From a virus (taxonomy: Duplodnaviria > Caudoviricetes): DNA of 64,000 nt. The translations under genes and the position numbers were made by a program. Location: the IMG/VR virus record IMGVR_UViG_3300037067_001739, positions 32,001 through 96,000 of that record. The stretch is one strand, 5' to 3'. Shown piece after piece: positions 63,903 to 64,000 of the stretch. The notes below the pieces were generated by a model. The model searched no databases and was not told the origin of the DNA. It was given only the letters and a program-made list of their open reading frames with translations. Position 1 is the first letter of the stretch. Every line of letters starts with the position of its first letter.

Positions 63903-64000
63903 GCTTGCTCATTCCAGTCATCAAGTACGATGACCTGACCATTGGGGCAGTGAAGATAGTATCCCCACCCATGCTCAACACGGTAACCATCTTTGACAAG

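Noticed and set aside
1-64000. CRISPR array or cas genes
   Set aside because: No regularly spaced identical DNA repeats are visible. The C-x2-C-x5-C motif resembles the Cas4 tail, but no nuclease domain accompanies it.
1-64000. Alternative genetic code or suppressor tRNAs
   Set aside because: Conserved enzymes are full length in code 11, all three stop codons end genes, and no CTA/TTA/TCA anticodon was found.

Overview
This looks like a gene-dense segment of a large (jumbo-type) phage or phage-like element using the standard genetic code. No virion genes are recognisable in the window, so the phage call is an inference. Positions 1-12.6 kb (+ strand) are a tRNA array: 30 recognisable tRNAs (the first is truncated), an RNase P RNA, about 6 non-canonical tRNA-like elements, several unexplained structured RNAs, and small ORFs packed directly against the tRNA ends (free-standing HNH and PD-(D/E)XK nucleases, NADAR, PanD, NUDIX). 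Positions 12.7-64 kb (- strand) are one long co-directional accessory region driven by a conserved sigma70-type promoter family. It encodes a CCA-adding enzyme, peptide deformylase, PurA-like/vWA/pseudokinase trio, LemA/TPM/solute-binding protein, radical SAM enzyme, family-4 UDG, RuvB, L7/L12 C-terminal domain, MoxR-like AAA with a vWA peptidase, Ku, DNA ligase and RtcB. Two unexplained protein-level systems dominate. (1) A 12-residue motif, C-x2-C-x2-(R/K)-(F/Y)-x-C-(F/W/Y/L/I)-(T/S), occurs in about 44 otherwise unrelated ORFs, including as an add-on to known enzymes. (2) Eleven clustered ORFs share the N-terminus MKxRxGF(V/I)SNSSSx(S/M)F directly downstream of a radical SAM/SPASM-type gene. 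Also notable are a 43-codon ORF inside P12 of the RNase P RNA and 'tRNA punctuation' of the start and stop codons of neighbouring ORFs. All calls are by eye; no searches were run.
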